A program made the position numbers and the translations under genes. Of a DNA stretch of 64,000 nt, positions 10,073-20,388 are shown in pieces. Each line of letters opens with the position of its first letter. Position 1 is the stretch's first letter. Origin of the DNA: an uncultured Acidobacteriota bacterium (GTDB lineage Bacteria; Acidobacteriota; Thermoanaerobaculia; UBA5066; DATFVB01); NCBI GenBank assembly GCA_963813155.1, contig CAWEYG010000001.1:224001-288000 (forward strand), read 5' to 3'. The notes below the pieces were generated by a model that saw only the letters and a list, made by a program, of their open reading frames with translations, had not been told where the DNA came from and ran no database searches.

Positions 10073-11719
10073 TCATTTACCCTGGTTCAGAAATATCTCG
10101 AATCCTCCCCGATCCTCTTTCCGGTCGTCGTACGTCGTTTCGGCCAAAATGACATCCAGCTTGCCATCGCCGTTCAAATCGGCGAGTCGGACGTCGGCAA
10201 CGGCCGAGCGGAGCTCCGGCTCGAGCTTCTCGGGGGATTCGACGAACTTTCCCTCGGGCGTCTGGTAGAAAATTCGCAGCCTCTTCGCAATGAAATCGGG
10301 AAAGACCACGTCGTCGAGCCCGTCGCCGTCGATATCCCCCATGGCGACCGACACCAGATGGCTCGACTTGTAGTCCTTTTCGCGCCAGACGGGGACCTTG
10401 CTCCAGATCCCGTTCCGGTCGACATAGACAGTCACGCCGGCCGCCAACAGCGGGCTCCCGATCTCGCGCCGATAGAACACATCCGCGAACGCCGGAAATT
10501 TCTCCTTACCGAAACGCCCCGATGCCAGCCCGAGGTGATAAGCGCTCAATTCCTCATCCTCGAAGGAGAAGCCCGTGAAAGTTCCCTTCCCGTTATTTCG
10601 CCAGACAAGGTCCATCGCGCCGAGATTGATCGCTCCCATCACGAGGCTCGGCGCAGGGTCTCCGTCGAGCGAGATCGCCGCGACGTGGTTCGACGGGTAG
10701 CCACCCCCGCCGACGAACGCGGACTGTTCGTACTCCCATCCTTCCGGAAGATGGTTTCGAAACACGCGAACGGGATGCTTGTCGACGTTGCCTCGCTCGG
10801 CCGAATCTCCGGGCGCGTCTCGGGAAACGACGAGATCGATCTTTCCATCGCCGTCCACGTCGAAGGCGGCGATTCCCTGCGAGGAGAACTTCGCGGGAAG
10901 GCCCTTGTCCATTGGAGTGAAATGAAAGTTCTGGCGCTGCAGAAAAACGTGGACTCCGCCGCCGTGCGACGCGATCGCGATGTCGGATTTCCCGTCCCCG
11001 TCGAAATCGGCGACCGCGACGCCGCCGTACCCCGTGTCAGTCTTCACGGGGTTCCCCGATTTGTCGACGAACTCCGGCGTCTGCTCCCGGAAGTTCCCGT
11101 GCCCGTCGCCGAGAAAGAGATAGAACGTCGCTCCGGAGCTGACCCGGTTCGGCGAAGTCACGATATCCGGAAATCCATCGCCGTTGATATCGGCGACCGC
11201 GATGTTTTGCCTCCACTGGCCGCCTTCCGGGAGGCCGGCACCGGCCTTGACGAAGTGGACTCCGCTGTTTCCGCGGGTCGGGACGATCGATTCGAAATCC
11301 TCGGGCTTCAGCGCGGGTCCGCTTTCCTCCGGCGGTTTGGCCGCAACCTTTTCCTTCTGCTTCTCGTCCCGTTCCTTCCGCGCCGCATCGATCTCTTCTG
11401 GCGACCACTTCTCCGTCCGAATGTAGTAATAGGTATCGTCTTCGCGATAGATGGGAAGCGACGCCTTCTCGCCGAGCCGTACAGGACGGACACGGTTTGC
11501 GCCGATCCGGATCATCTCGGATTTCTTGTACCGCCGGATGTAGTAGGAGTCGGTCTCTTCCACCACGTCCGGGTCAGTCTTGGATTTCGGCTGGACGTAG
11601 TGGAACCCGACCGGGACTGCCGGGGCATCCTGCTTCGGGGAGGAGGAACAGGCGCCGATCAGGAGGACGGCGCCGGAAATCACGACTGCCCAGGGAAACC
11701 GCCAGAATCGAACCTTCAT
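10073..11719 (-). CDS. FG-GAP/VCBS-repeat lipoprotein (beta-propeller)
   Basis: Lipobox LIGAC after MKVRFWRF...; repeated Ca-binding motifs DINGDGFPD, DFDGDGKSD, DVDGDGKID, DIDGDGLDD, DLNGDGKLD. Confidence 0.85.
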   Translation of the reverse strand: MKVRFWRFPWAVVISGAVLLIGACSSSPKQDAPAVPVGFHYVQPKSKTDPDVVEETDSYYIRRYKKSEMIRIGANRVRPVRLGEKASLPIYREDDTYYYIRTEKWSPEEIDAARKERDEKQKEKVAAKPPEESGPALKPEDFESIVPTRGNSGVHFVKAGAGLPEGGQWRQNIAVADINGDGFPDIVTSPNRVSSGATFYLFLGDGHGNFREQTPEFVDKSGNPVKTDTGYGGVAVADFDGDGKSDIAIASHGGGVHVFLQRQNFHFTPMDKGLPAKFSSQGIAAFDVDGDGKIDLVVSRDAPGDSAERGNVDKHPVRVFRNHLPEGWEYEQSAFVGGGGYPSNHVAAISLDGDPAPSLVMGAINLGAMDLVWRNNGKGTFTGFSFEDEELSAYHLGLASGRFGKEKFPAFADVFYRREIGSPLLAAGVTVYVDRNGIWSKVPVWREKDYKSSHLVSVAMGDIDGDGLDDVVFPDFIAKRLRIFYQTPEGKFVESPEKLEPELRSAVADVRLADLNGDGKLDVILAETTYDDRKEDRGGFEIFLNQGK

Positions 11720-11754
11720 GAAAACTCCTTGTTCGGCCGTTCGGCCAGAATCTG

Positions 11755-12564
11755 TCACAACAAATCGGCGAAATGCGGCTCCGTCTTCGTAAAGAGAAAC
11801 GAGCCGAGCGTCGCCGCGGAAATCGCGAAGAGCGCAAGATACGCGAGAGAGCCGGCGCCCGGCAAGCGGTGCCGAAAGAACGCGTCGCGAAACGCTTCGA
11901 TCAGCTGAGCGAAGGGATTGATCTGAACGACCCACCGAAGCCGCCTCGGGACCAGGCTGGCCGAGTAGAAGATCGGGGTCAGAAACGACAGCATTCCGAG
12001 GCCGAGAGCCACGACCTGCGAGGTGTCCCGCAGGAAGACGTGCAGGCCGGCCAGGAAGCACCCGAGCCCGTAGGTCATGACGACTTGCACGAGGAGCAGC
12101 AGGGCGACGACCGGAATCCATTTCAGCGACAGGTGCCCTCTCCACGCCAGGTAACCGCAATAAAGAGCGAAACCGATCATTTCGTTGAAAACGGCGGAGA
12201 GCACGACGGTCGCGACGAGCGACTCCTTGAGAAAAACCGTCTTCTTCACCATCGAGGCGTTGTCGGAGAGGCAGGTCGACGCGCGGGAGATTCCTTCTTG
12301 CACCGCGAGCCAGGGGAGAAACCCCGCCAGAAGGTATTCCGGAAAATTCACGCCCGGAGGCTCTCCGGAGAGAGGGATTTTCAGGACCACGGAAAACACG
12401 AAAGAGTAGATGAGAACCCAGGCGAGCGGCACGAAGAACGCCCACGCCGGCCCGAACGTCGAGCCGACATACCGGGATTTCAAATCACGATTAACGAGCT
12501 CCGAAAGGAGGTAAACAGATTGAAGTTTTCTGCCTCGAAACGTACCTGACGTCTTGACTTTCAC
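11755..12564 (-). CDS. wzm: Polysaccharide ABC exporter permease (Wzm)
   Basis: RDLKSRYVGSTFGPAW, FLRDTSQ, TPIFY, INPF and the C-terminal HFADLL are ABC-2 Wzm motifs. Start position uncertain. Confidence 0.9.
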   Translation of the reverse strand: MKVKTSGTFRGRKLQSVYLLSELVNRDLKSRYVGSTFGPAWAFFVPLAWVLIYSFVFSVVLKIPLSGEPPGVNFPEYLLAGFLPWLAVQEGISRASTCLSDNASMVKKTVFLKESLVATVVLSAVFNEMIGFALYCGYLAWRGHLSLKWIPVVALLLLVQVVMTYGLGCFLAGLHVFLRDTSQVVALGLGMLSFLTPIFYSASLVPRRLRWVVQINPFAQLIEAFRDAFFRHRLPGAGSLAYLALFAISAATLGSFLFTKTEPHFADLL

Positions 12565-12602
12565 GGAGGCGGGATTATATTAGGCGAGAGATTATGGCGC
12601 AA
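12554..12602. promoter_or_regulatory. Overlapping divergent sigma70-type promoters for wzm and the XRE gene
   Basis: Minus: TTGCGC(12602-12597)-N17-TATAAT(12579-12574). Plus: TTGACT(12554)-N16-TATATT. Confidence 0.55.
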
Positions 12603-12962
12603 CAGCATTTTTCGAGTAACCGTCCGAACCTGGTTGGGGCGAGGATTCGCGCCCTCCGCAAGGGACGCAATCTCACCCAAACCGAGCTGTCCGAAAGAAT
12701 CGGCGTTCTCCAATCGGATCTGTCGCGAATGGAGAAAGGCGAATACAAGGTCGGGCTCGACACCCTTTTCAAGATCCTTGCCGTTTTCGACCTCGACATG
12801 GCGTCGTTCTTCGACGAGGGAGACCCGCCGTCGCCCGGCGACGAAGACGCCTTGGCATGGCAGGAGTTTCTCTCGCTCGACGAGGAATCGCGCCGGGAGG
12901 TCAGGGACTTCATCCGGTTCAAAAAGGCGCAGCAGGAAGCGCCGATCAAGACCGAGAGCTGA
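12594..12962 (+). CDS. XRE-family helix-turn-helix transcriptional regulator
   Basis: VGARIRALRKGRNLTQTELSERIGVLQSDLSRMEKG. Confidence 0.9.
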   Translation: MAQQHFSSNRPNLVGARIRALRKGRNLTQTELSERIGVLQSDLSRMEKGEYKVGLDTLFKILAVFDLDMASFFDEGDPPSPGDEDALAWQEFLSLDEESRREVRDFIRFKKAQQEAPIKTES

Positions 12963-13031
12963 AGACACGGAAAAATCGGGAAAATGAATTGATTTCGGAG
13001 CCAGGAGTGCTACAGTCAAACTGAACGATCC

Positions 13032-13931
13032 ATGAGCGAACGCAGCAAGCACCTCGAATTCCTTCGCCGGACGGCGAGGGAAGCTCTGTGGCAGGGCGAT
13101 TCCGATCGTGCGCTGCTCCTGCTCGACGAAGGGCTCGCGCTTTCCCGAGCGTGGAAGCAAAAAGAAAGCGAAGACATTTTCCTCTGCAATCGCGTCGCGA
13201 CGCTCGTCGAGATGGAGCGCAACGACTTCGACCTCTCGTCTCTCAAAGAGGTGATGCTCCGCCACCCCTACGGCAAGCTCGGCGCGTTCGCCGCCTACAC
13301 GGCGGCCTGCGCGCATGAGCTCCGGCGCGAATTCCCGAAGGCGAGAACGTACGCGCAGATGGCGATCGGCCGGTGCGAAGATCCGGCGGATTTCCTTCGC
13401 GGCGTCTCGTTCAGTCTTCTCGGCGACCTGAGCCTTTCGGAGAGCGACTTCGACGGCGCCATGCCTCTCTGCTCCGAAGCGATCTCGATCTTTCAGGAGT
13501 GCGGGCAGGACGCGAGCCGCGACATCGCGGTGGCGGAAGACAACATCGGCTACATCCACATCTCGCGCGACGAAGTCTCCGTCGGGCTCCCGATGGTCGA
13601 ACGCGCGCTGAGCCAGTTCGAGGTGCTCGGCGCGCGGGCGCGCATGGCATACCCGTATCTCGATCTGTGCCTCGGGCACCTCAAGACCGAGAACTTCTTC
13701 GAAGCTGAACGGTGCGGCGTTCGCGCGCTCGCGCTCGGTCAGGAGCTGCGCCAGCAGCGCGTCGTCAAGAATTCGCACTACCTGCTCGGGGAAATCTACT
13801 CGGAGATCGGCCGCCGCGACGACGCAGAGCTGCACTTTGAAGCGCTTGCGGACTTTTACCCCGAGTTCCCGGCCCTCAAGAATTTTCTCCACCAGGTCAA
13901 TGTAGTCGGGATGATCAACCTGCGCGCATGA
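13032..13931 (+). CDS. Cytoplasmic TPR-like alpha-helical repeat protein
   Basis: TPR-like units (SLLGDLSL...A, DNIGYIHI...G, YLLGEIYSEIGRRDDAELHF); no signal peptide. Confidence 0.7.
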   Translation: MSERSKHLEFLRRTAREALWQGDSDRALLLLDEGLALSRAWKQKESEDIFLCNRVATLVEMERNDFDLSSLKEVMLRHPYGKLGAFAAYTAACAHELRREFPKARTYAQMAIGRCEDPADFLRGVSFSLLGDLSLSESDFDGAMPLCSEAISIFQECGQDASRDIAVAEDNIGYIHISRDEVSVGLPMVERALSQFEVLGARARMAYPYLDLCLGHLKTENFFEAERCGVRALALGQELRQQRVVKNSHYLLGEIYSEIGRRDDAELHFEALADFYPEFPALKNFLHQVNVVGMINLRA

Positions 13932-15014
13932 AGAGCTTCGCGAGAGTCCGCCGCTTTTTGCGTATCCTGGTTCCGGCGGTGGTGGCGGCGGCGTTCGCCT
14001 TCTCTGCTGCAGCGGAAGAGAAGTCTCTTCTCACGCCTGACGGCGTCCTGTACCACGTGCAAGCTGGGCGTCTACAGCTCTTTCGAGCCGTCGGGGACCG
14101 CCGCCGCGCCGAGCGACTACGTGATTCACTGGAACTCCCAGTCCCAATCGGGGGAGACCTGGCCTCGGGAATCATTCCGGGAACCGACAACGCCGGATCG
14201 TGAAGGATCAGTTCGACATCGCGTACGACTGCGCTCTCCCAGTCCCTTTTCCTGGTCTGGAACGACCGGGTGTCGATGATCAACTCCGTGCAGTTCGCCG
14301 TTTACCAGAAGGGAATCTGGACGCAATCGCAGCTCCTCCCGTCGGGAGTCTTCAGCTTCGCGAATCGTCCTCAGATCGTGATCACGCACCAGACCGTGCA
14401 GGATCTCGATTCTGAGGGCGCGGAAGTCGACACCGCCCGTTCCGTCATCTCCGTCATCTGGTGGGAGGCTTCCGGTCGAAGCCGCACGCACGCTTTGCGC
14501 CGATTTTCCTCGAAAACGGGAGCATCGATCTGGCTCGACGATCCAGATCTACGACCTGCCGGAGCTCGTCGGAAGCAACAGCGTCGTCGTCTCCACGATC
14601 CTGCAGAATCCACTGTACAAGAACCCGGCCATTCAGCAGGACGGCTTTTCCGCGGGAATCGTCGCGGCCTTCGGAGACGCCGCGAGCGGCAATCTTCAGG
14701 TCGTTCGAATCGGCTTTCCGTCCGATTTCCGGGGCAAGCCAGACCCGCTCGGAGGCCGCCACTCGATCGTGATCCTCGGGCCAGAATTCCCGTCCGATGC
14801 CCTCGGCTCGGTTCCGGCTTCGCCGACGCGCCTCGGCGCGATCGTCGGCGGCGGGTACCGGCCCACCGTCTACTGGCAGCCGGACGACGGCAGCGTGAGC
14901 TACAGCGTCGCCGCGAACGGTTCGTGGAGCGATGTTCGGTCCGTTGCGCTGACCCCTTCCCTCGGCGTCGACGCCGCGCTGGTTCTCATCAGCCAGATGG
15001 CCACCCAGAACTGA
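13928..15014 (+). CDS. Secreted beta-rich hypothetical protein (frameshifted)
   Basis: Signal peptide MKSFARVRRFLRILVPAVVAAAFAFSAAA; ATGA overlap with the TPR gene; coding continues through several frames to ...ISQMATQN*. Confidence 0.6.
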
Positions 15015-15022
15015 CGCCGGCT

Positions 15023-16025
15023 TCAGTCGAGCGAGACGGGCAGGTTCGCCCGCGGATCCCCGTCGTACAACGAATCGAAAAGCGCCGCCGCTTCCCGCCC
15101 CGCGGGTGAGGTCTTCCGCGGAACGACGATTCGGACGGTGTAGACGTGGTCCCCGGTCGTGCCCGAGCGGGGATCGTGGACCCCTTTTCCGCGGAGCCGG
15201 AACTTCTGTCCTCCCTGCGTGCCGGCGGGAACTTTCGCGCGAATCGGCCCGTGAATCGTCGGAACGGTGATGTCGGCCCCCGAGTACGCCTCGCGAATCG
15301 TGATCGGGAGGGTCGCGTGGATATCGCCGTTGCGGCGTTCGAAGTAGGGGTGCGGAGAAACGCGAATCGTGACGTAGAGGTCCCCGGAGGAACCGTCGGC
15401 TCCCATGTCGCCCTTACCGGGAATCCGGATCGCGCCGCCGTCGTGAATTCCCGCCGGAATATTGACCTTCAGCTTCTCCAGGGAAGCGACTCTCCCCTGC
15501 CCGTGGCAGGTCGGACAGGGAACCTTCCCCTTCTGGCCCCGCCCCTGGCAGGTCGGGCAAACGACGCGCCGTGTCGTCTGCAGCTGGAGAGTGCCTCCGA
15601 ACAGCGCGACCCGAAAAGGAATCTCCATCGAAGCGCGCGCATCGGCAGCCATCGGCCCCGGCGCCGCGAAATGCGCCTTCGGCGCCACCGCCCCGGAACA
15701 GGTCCCCGAACAGGCTCGCGAAGTCGGGGTAGCCGGAGCTTCCCGCGGAGCGCGAAAAATCCCCGAAGTCGAACGACGCGCCCTCCGGGCCTTCCTCCGG
15801 TCGCGGACCCGCGTGCCCGAAGCGGTCGTACGCCTTTCGCTTCTCCGCGTCCTGAAGCACTTCGTAGGCCTCCTGGACCTCCTGAAATTTCTTCTGCGCG
15901 GTCGCGTCGCCCGGGTTGACGTCGGGGTGCAGTTTCCTCGCGAGCTTTCGGTAGGCCTTCTTGATTTCGGCTTCCGGCGCGCTGCGGGCGACGCCCAGAA
16001 CGTCGTAGTAATCCCTCTTCGCCAT
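15023..16025 (-). CDS. dnaJ: DnaJ-family co-chaperone with a reduced zinc finger (frameshift near 15690)
   Basis: J domain DYYDVLGV...LHPDVNPG; CPTCQGRG and CPTCHGQG; C-terminal [17 protein letters not shown]. Confidence 0.8.
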
Positions 16026-16036
16026 CGAAAATCGGA

Positions 16037-16639
16037 TCAGAATCGGTAGAGGAGGCCCGCGCCCGCGGTGAGAATTCGGCGCTGCGGCTTCGACTGCGGA
16101 ATGTGCAGCGTCAGGCGGCCGATCACCGAGATGCCCCGCCAGACGCGAACGTCAGCGTCGAGGCCGAGGTGAATTCCCCAGACGGTTTCCTTCTTGTCGC
16201 GAAAGCTCTCGACGGCCGGATCGGCCGACTCGGGGTCGATTCCGTAGGCTCCGAGGCCCGCGAACAGGCCGGACGTCCAGCCCCGTTCCCGAAATTCGTA
16301 CGCGGCGGAGATGAGGCCGTATCGAATTCGATCCTGCAGGTCGGGAAGGGTCGTGACGGTGCCGTCCGTCAGCGTCGCGGACTCTCCGCCGTTGTAGCCT
16401 CGGACCTTCATGCTTCCGTAGGTTCCTCGGAGAGCGACTCCCGTCTCGAGCTGGTACTGTGCCCAGGCGCTCCAGTCGACGGTGTCGAAATGATCGAGGT
16501 GAAAACCGTGGTTCAGGGAATCGACGGCCGAGACCGTCGCCCCGACACCGAACGTTTCGGAAGTCTGAGCTCCGGCGAAAGCGGACACCCCGAGGACCAG
16601 ACAGGCAAGAGCGACTCCGGAGATCGTGCGACGGACCAC
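16037..16639 (-). CDS. Small outer-membrane beta-barrel protein
   Basis: SD GGAGG then GTG; signal peptide ending SAFAGA; amphipathic strands and C-terminal AGAGLLYRF. Confidence 0.7.
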   Translation of the reverse strand: MVRRTISGVALACLVLGVSAFAGAQTSETFGVGATVSAVDSLNHGFHLDHFDTVDWSAWAQYQLETGVALRGTYGSMKVRGYNGGESATLTDGTVTTLPDLQDRIRYGLISAAYEFRERGWTSGLFAGLGAYGIDPESADPAVESFRDKKETVWGIHLGLDADVRVWRGISVIGRLTLHIPQSKPQRRILTAGAGLLYRF

Positions 16640-16708
16640 AGGCCCTCCTTCCATTGACCTCGAAGACTCTAGCAGCCCGTGGTCCGCGGTACAATCTCGC
16701 CCGCTGAC

Positions 16709-17449
16709 ATGACGACTTCTTTCCCCGCTCGCTCCCTTCTGCGCCGGGTCGAGGATTTTTTCTTTCCGCCGGGCTGTCTCTCCTGCGAGTCCGGACGGAG
16801 CGAAACCTTCGAGGGGGGAATCTGCCGCTCCTGCTGGGACGCTCTGCCGGCGCCCGCGCCCGTGAGGTGCGAGGGCTGCGACCTGCCATTGAATCCGGCC
16901 GCCTTCGAATCGATTCCCTCGCCCCGTTGCGGACGTTGCCTGACGAATCCGCTTCCGTTCGAAGCGCTGCGGAGCGTCGCCCCGTACGCCGGGGTCGCCC
17001 GGGCGATCGTCAAGGCGTTCAAATACGAGGGCGCGGACTATCTCGCTCCCCATCTGGCGGCCCGAATGCTCGAAGCGTGCGGAGGGCTCCCGGAGTTCGA
17101 CGCCGTTCTCCCCGTTCCGGCCACGAGGAGGGAGCGCCGGGCGCACGGATTCTTCCCGGCCGGCGAGCTGGCCCGGGAGGTGGCGCGTCTCTCCGGAAAG
17201 CCGATGCGGGAGCGGGCGATCCGAAAGGTCCGCGAGACGGAGCGCCAGGCGCAGCTTCCGCTCGAGCGCCGGGGAGAAAACGTGCGCGGGGCGTTCCGGG
17301 CGGCGAAGGTCGCCGGGGCGCTCCTCCTCGTCGACGACGTCGCAACTTCCGGGGCAACGCTGGCCGCGTGCGCGCGCGAGCTCCGGAAAAAGGGCGCGCA
17401 GCGCGTGCTCGCCGTCGCGTTCGGGCGCGCCCTTCCGGAGGACAATTGA
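16709..17449 (+). CDS. comF: ComF family protein (double zinc ribbon plus phosphoribosyltransferase)
   Basis: CxxC pairs, KAFKY, ENVRGAF, LLVDDVATSGAT. Confidence 0.85.
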   Translation: MTTSFPARSLLRRVEDFFFPPGCLSCESGRSETFEGGICRSCWDALPAPAPVRCEGCDLPLNPAAFESIPSPRCGRCLTNPLPFEALRSVAPYAGVARAIVKAFKYEGADYLAPHLAARMLEACGGLPEFDAVLPVPATRRERRAHGFFPAGELAREVARLSGKPMRERAIRKVRETERQAQLPLERRGENVRGAFRAAKVAGALLLVDDVATSGATLAACARELRKKGAQRVLAVAFGRALPEDN

Positions 17450-18354
17450 GCCTTTTCGGCCGCGCGATCGCCACCGTGCTTCCCCTCGTCCCGTCGCCGA
17501 TCGTTCGCAAAGTGGCCTCCCGGTACGTGGCGGGCGACGACCTCGGATCGGCTCTCGACGCGGTCGCGAGGCTCAACGCGGAAGGCGCTTCGGCAACGCT
17601 CGACGTTCTCGGAGAAGACGTCGCGCGGCCGGACGAAACGAGTTTTTTCGTCGACGAATACAAGCGAGCCCTCGCGCAGATCGCCGAACGAAAACTCGAC
17701 TCCAACGTCTCGGTCAAGCTCTCCGCGATGGGCCTGCGGTTCGACCCCGCTCTCGCGCTCGAGAATTTCCGCCAGATCGCCGCGGAGGCGAAGCGCCGGG
17801 GAAATTTCGTCCGGATCGACATGGAAGACTCGGCGCTCACCCAGGCGACGCTCGACCTGTTCCAGACGGCGCGACGCGAGTTCGACAACGTCGGAATCGT
17901 GCTGCAGGCGTACCTGCGGCGGACGCAGGGCGACGTCGCCCGGGCGATCGCGGAAAAATGGAGCGTCCGGATCTGCAAGGGCATTTACGTCGAATCCCCG
18001 ACCCTGGCGTTTCGCGACCCGGACCTGATTCGGCGAAACTACGCGTACGTGACCGACCGGATGCTCGCGGCGCGAATCCCCGTGGGAATCGCGACCCACG
18101 ACGAGGCGATGGTGCTCGAGGCGCTCCATTCGATCGAGCTGCGCGGAGCTCCCCGCGAAACCTACGAGTTTCAGATGCTCATGGGAGTCACGCCCGGGCT
18201 TCGGCGGCTGATCCTGGCCCAGGGGCACCGGCTGAGGGTGTACGTCCCCTATGGAAAGTCCTGGAAAGGCTATTCTTTGAGACGTTTGAAGGAAAATCCC
18301 GCGATCGTGAGCCACATCCTGAAAGCGGCCCTGAGGCGTCGCGACGCCCTTTGA
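17446..18354 (+). CDS. Monofunctional proline dehydrogenase
   Basis: RYVAG, DVLGE, SVKLS, RIDMED, VLQAYLRR, RICKGIY, ATHD, EFQMLMG, RVYVPYG, YSLRRLKE. TTG start overlaps the comF stop. Confidence 0.9.
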   Translation: MSLFGRAIATVLPLVPSPIVRKVASRYVAGDDLGSALDAVARLNAEGASATLDVLGEDVARPDETSFFVDEYKRALAQIAERKLDSNVSVKLSAMGLRFDPALALENFRQIAAEAKRRGNFVRIDMEDSALTQATLDLFQTARREFDNVGIVLQAYLRRTQGDVARAIAEKWSVRICKGIYVESPTLAFRDPDLIRRNYAYVTDRMLAARIPVGIATHDEAMVLEALHSIELRGAPRETYEFQMLMGVTPGLRRLILAQGHRLRVYVPYGKSWKGYSLRRLKENPAIVSHILKAALRRRDAL

Positions 18355-18379
18355 CACGGGGGGTCCCGAAGTATACGAT
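18351..18379 (+). promoter_or_regulatory. Sigma70 promoter
   Basis: TTGACA-N17-TACGAT. Confidence 0.6.
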
Positions 18380-18399
18380 TTCCGTTGAATCGGGGTGCC

Positions 18400-20241
18400 G
18401 TGAGCCGAGCTTTTGGCTTTGTCTTCGCTTTTCTGTTTTTCGCGACTTCGTTCGCGTTCGGCGCGGACGCTCCGGTCGCGGGTATCGTCAAACACATGCA
18501 GGCGCCGATCCCGGGTGCGCTCGTTTTCGTGTACGGCGTCTCCGACTCGACGCTGAACCGCGCCCGGACGGCCCGCGACGGCTCGTTCAACGTGGAAAGC
18601 ATCCCCGTGGGCGTCTACGACGTGATCGCCTACAAGGCGGGCTTCTATCCCTCTCTCGTGCGCCTCTGGCACCAGAGCAACCCGGCCGTTTCGGTTCTCG
18701 CGATCGATCTCGTTCCGGCCTCGGCCGGCCCGATCCGGCGGTCGGCGGACATCTGGACGTGGCGTGACCGCCTCCCCGCGGACGTTCTGCGGGAGATCAC
18801 CGGCGAATCCGCCGAACCCTCCCACTCCGCGCCGGCCGCGGGGACCCTCCCCCTCGGGAAGGTGGTGAGCGGCGACCTCTCGACCTCGACCGGACTCGGA
18901 GCGGGAGATTCCAAGCTCACGCGCACGGAATTGAACTTCTTCGGCCTGCTTCCGGATTCTCTCCAATATGCGTTCCGCGGCTCGTACGACTCGCTCGGGA
19001 GCTCCAACGAGGGCGCGCTCTCGCAAGGAACGGCCAGCGACGCGAGCGTGATCGTCGCCGGTTCTCCGGAATCGGGCGTGGCGCTGTCGTATTCGGCGCG
19101 CGCGTTTCTCTCGCCACAGGGCGGGGCGGATCCCCGGCTGGACCGCGAGTCGGCCACCTACAACCGGCAGACCGACGGCGGCGACCGGTTCGCGGTTTCG
19201 GTCGCGCGGCGGGCCGAGACGGGGTTCGAGCGCGCGACCTCGGTGCTGGGGCAGCAACTGTCCGGGACGTCGAACGACTACGAAGTCTCCGCGAGCTGGG
19301 CCCGCACGGGAGAAGAAACGAATGCCGGGGCGTCGATCGACGTGATCCGCCGGGAAATTTCGGAATTGCCGGTAGAAGGCGGGATCTCGAGCTCGCTCGA
19401 GGCCAACCTGACCGCATCGGCCGATCGATCGATCGAAGACTGGATTTCCGTGGGCGGGACGATCCATTCCCGCACGGGCGGAAGCGGAAGCACGCTCTCC
19501 CCCGGCGCGACGGTGCGGTTGCGCCTTTCGCCACATTCCTCGCTCCTCGTGACGGCGTACCACCGGGTGGCGGGCAATTCGGCGGGCGGCGATCTCCCCA
19601 GCACGAGAGCCGTCTCGGCCGCGGGGTGGGACTCGATCGCAGCGTCCGAACAATCCGCACAGGTGGCCTGGAGCCCGGCCGAAGGCTCGTCTCTCCAATT
19701 GAAGGCAAGCTCGCAGGATGCGAACGAGCCGGTCCGCATTTTCTTCAACGGCGATCTCCTTCTCGACCTCGGCAGCCTGTACGTCTTCGATGGAAATCGC
19801 CTGGAGAGGTTGAGCGGCTCGGCGTCCGGGAGATTGTTCGACGTCGTCGACGCTTCGTTCACGGCCGAGCGCGGCAGGGTGAGCGGTCGGGTGTCGGCCG
19901 ACAACTCTCGCGCGTTCGCGGTGCTCCAGAACGGCGGCGACTACTACGGCGGCGAGGCGTCGGTCACGGTTCGCCAGACGAAAACGGGCATTTCCTGCGG
20001 GCTCCGCCGCATCCGCCAATTGCTCGTGACCGACACCGCGCGCCTCGAGAACTATTCCGACATGCTCCGGGTTTCCCTGGGCCAGGATCTGACGGTTCTG
20101 GGATTCGATCCGTTCGGCGCGGCATGGAAGCTGGTCGTTGCCTACGAGACCGACCGAAATCCGGCAGCCTCCGATCCGAACGGCGAGGAGAACCCGACGA
20201 CGAAGCGGCGCCTCATGGGCGGGGTCTCCATCTCCTTCTAG
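18400..20241 (+). CDS. Secreted/outer-membrane protein with an N-terminal carboxypeptidase-regulatory-like domain and probable beta-barrel
   Basis: Signal peptide; PIPGALV...TARDGSF...IPVGVYDVIAYKAGF; C-terminal GGVSISF. Confidence 0.7.
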   Translation: MSRAFGFVFAFLFFATSFAFGADAPVAGIVKHMQAPIPGALVFVYGVSDSTLNRARTARDGSFNVESIPVGVYDVIAYKAGFYPSLVRLWHQSNPAVSVLAIDLVPASAGPIRRSADIWTWRDRLPADVLREITGESAEPSHSAPAAGTLPLGKVVSGDLSTSTGLGAGDSKLTRTELNFFGLLPDSLQYAFRGSYDSLGSSNEGALSQGTASDASVIVAGSPESGVALSYSARAFLSPQGGADPRLDRESATYNRQTDGGDRFAVSVARRAETGFERATSVLGQQLSGTSNDYEVSASWARTGEETNAGASIDVIRREISELPVEGGISSSLEANLTASADRSIEDWISVGGTIHSRTGGSGSTLSPGATVRLRLSPHSSLLVTAYHRVAGNSAGGDLPSTRAVSAAGWDSIAASEQSAQVAWSPAEGSSLQLKASSQDANEPVRIFFNGDLLLDLGSLYVFDGNRLERLSGSASGRLFDVVDASFTAERGRVSGRVSADNSRAFAVLQNGGDYYGGEASVTVRQTKTGISCGLRRIRQLLVTDTARLENYSDMLRVSLGQDLTVLGFDPFGAAWKLVVAYETDRNPAASDPNGEENPTTKRRLMGGVSISF

Positions 20242-20273
20242 CCAAAAGGGCCGATCCTCGCCTGAAATCCCGT

Positions 20274-20307
20274 TCCGGAAAATTGAATTCCCTCCGAAAA
20301 ATTGAAT
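20274..20307 (+). promoter_or_regulatory. Tandem direct repeat, candidate enhancer (UAS) for the sigma54 activator
   Basis: TCCGGAAAATTGAAT (20274) and TCCGAAAAATTGAAT (20293), 14 of 15 identical. Confidence 0.5.
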
Positions 20308-20388
20308 AAACCAACAGCCACAGCTCTTTCGGTGGTCGCTAACCTATTTGTTTTCTTTTGAATGCATTGATCCAAATTTCAGTGCGCA

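Noticed and set aside
10073-12445. 790-aa version of the FG-GAP protein
   Set aside because: The first 242 codons are mostly an off-frame overlap with wzm; the lipoprotein signal and SD place the start at 11719.
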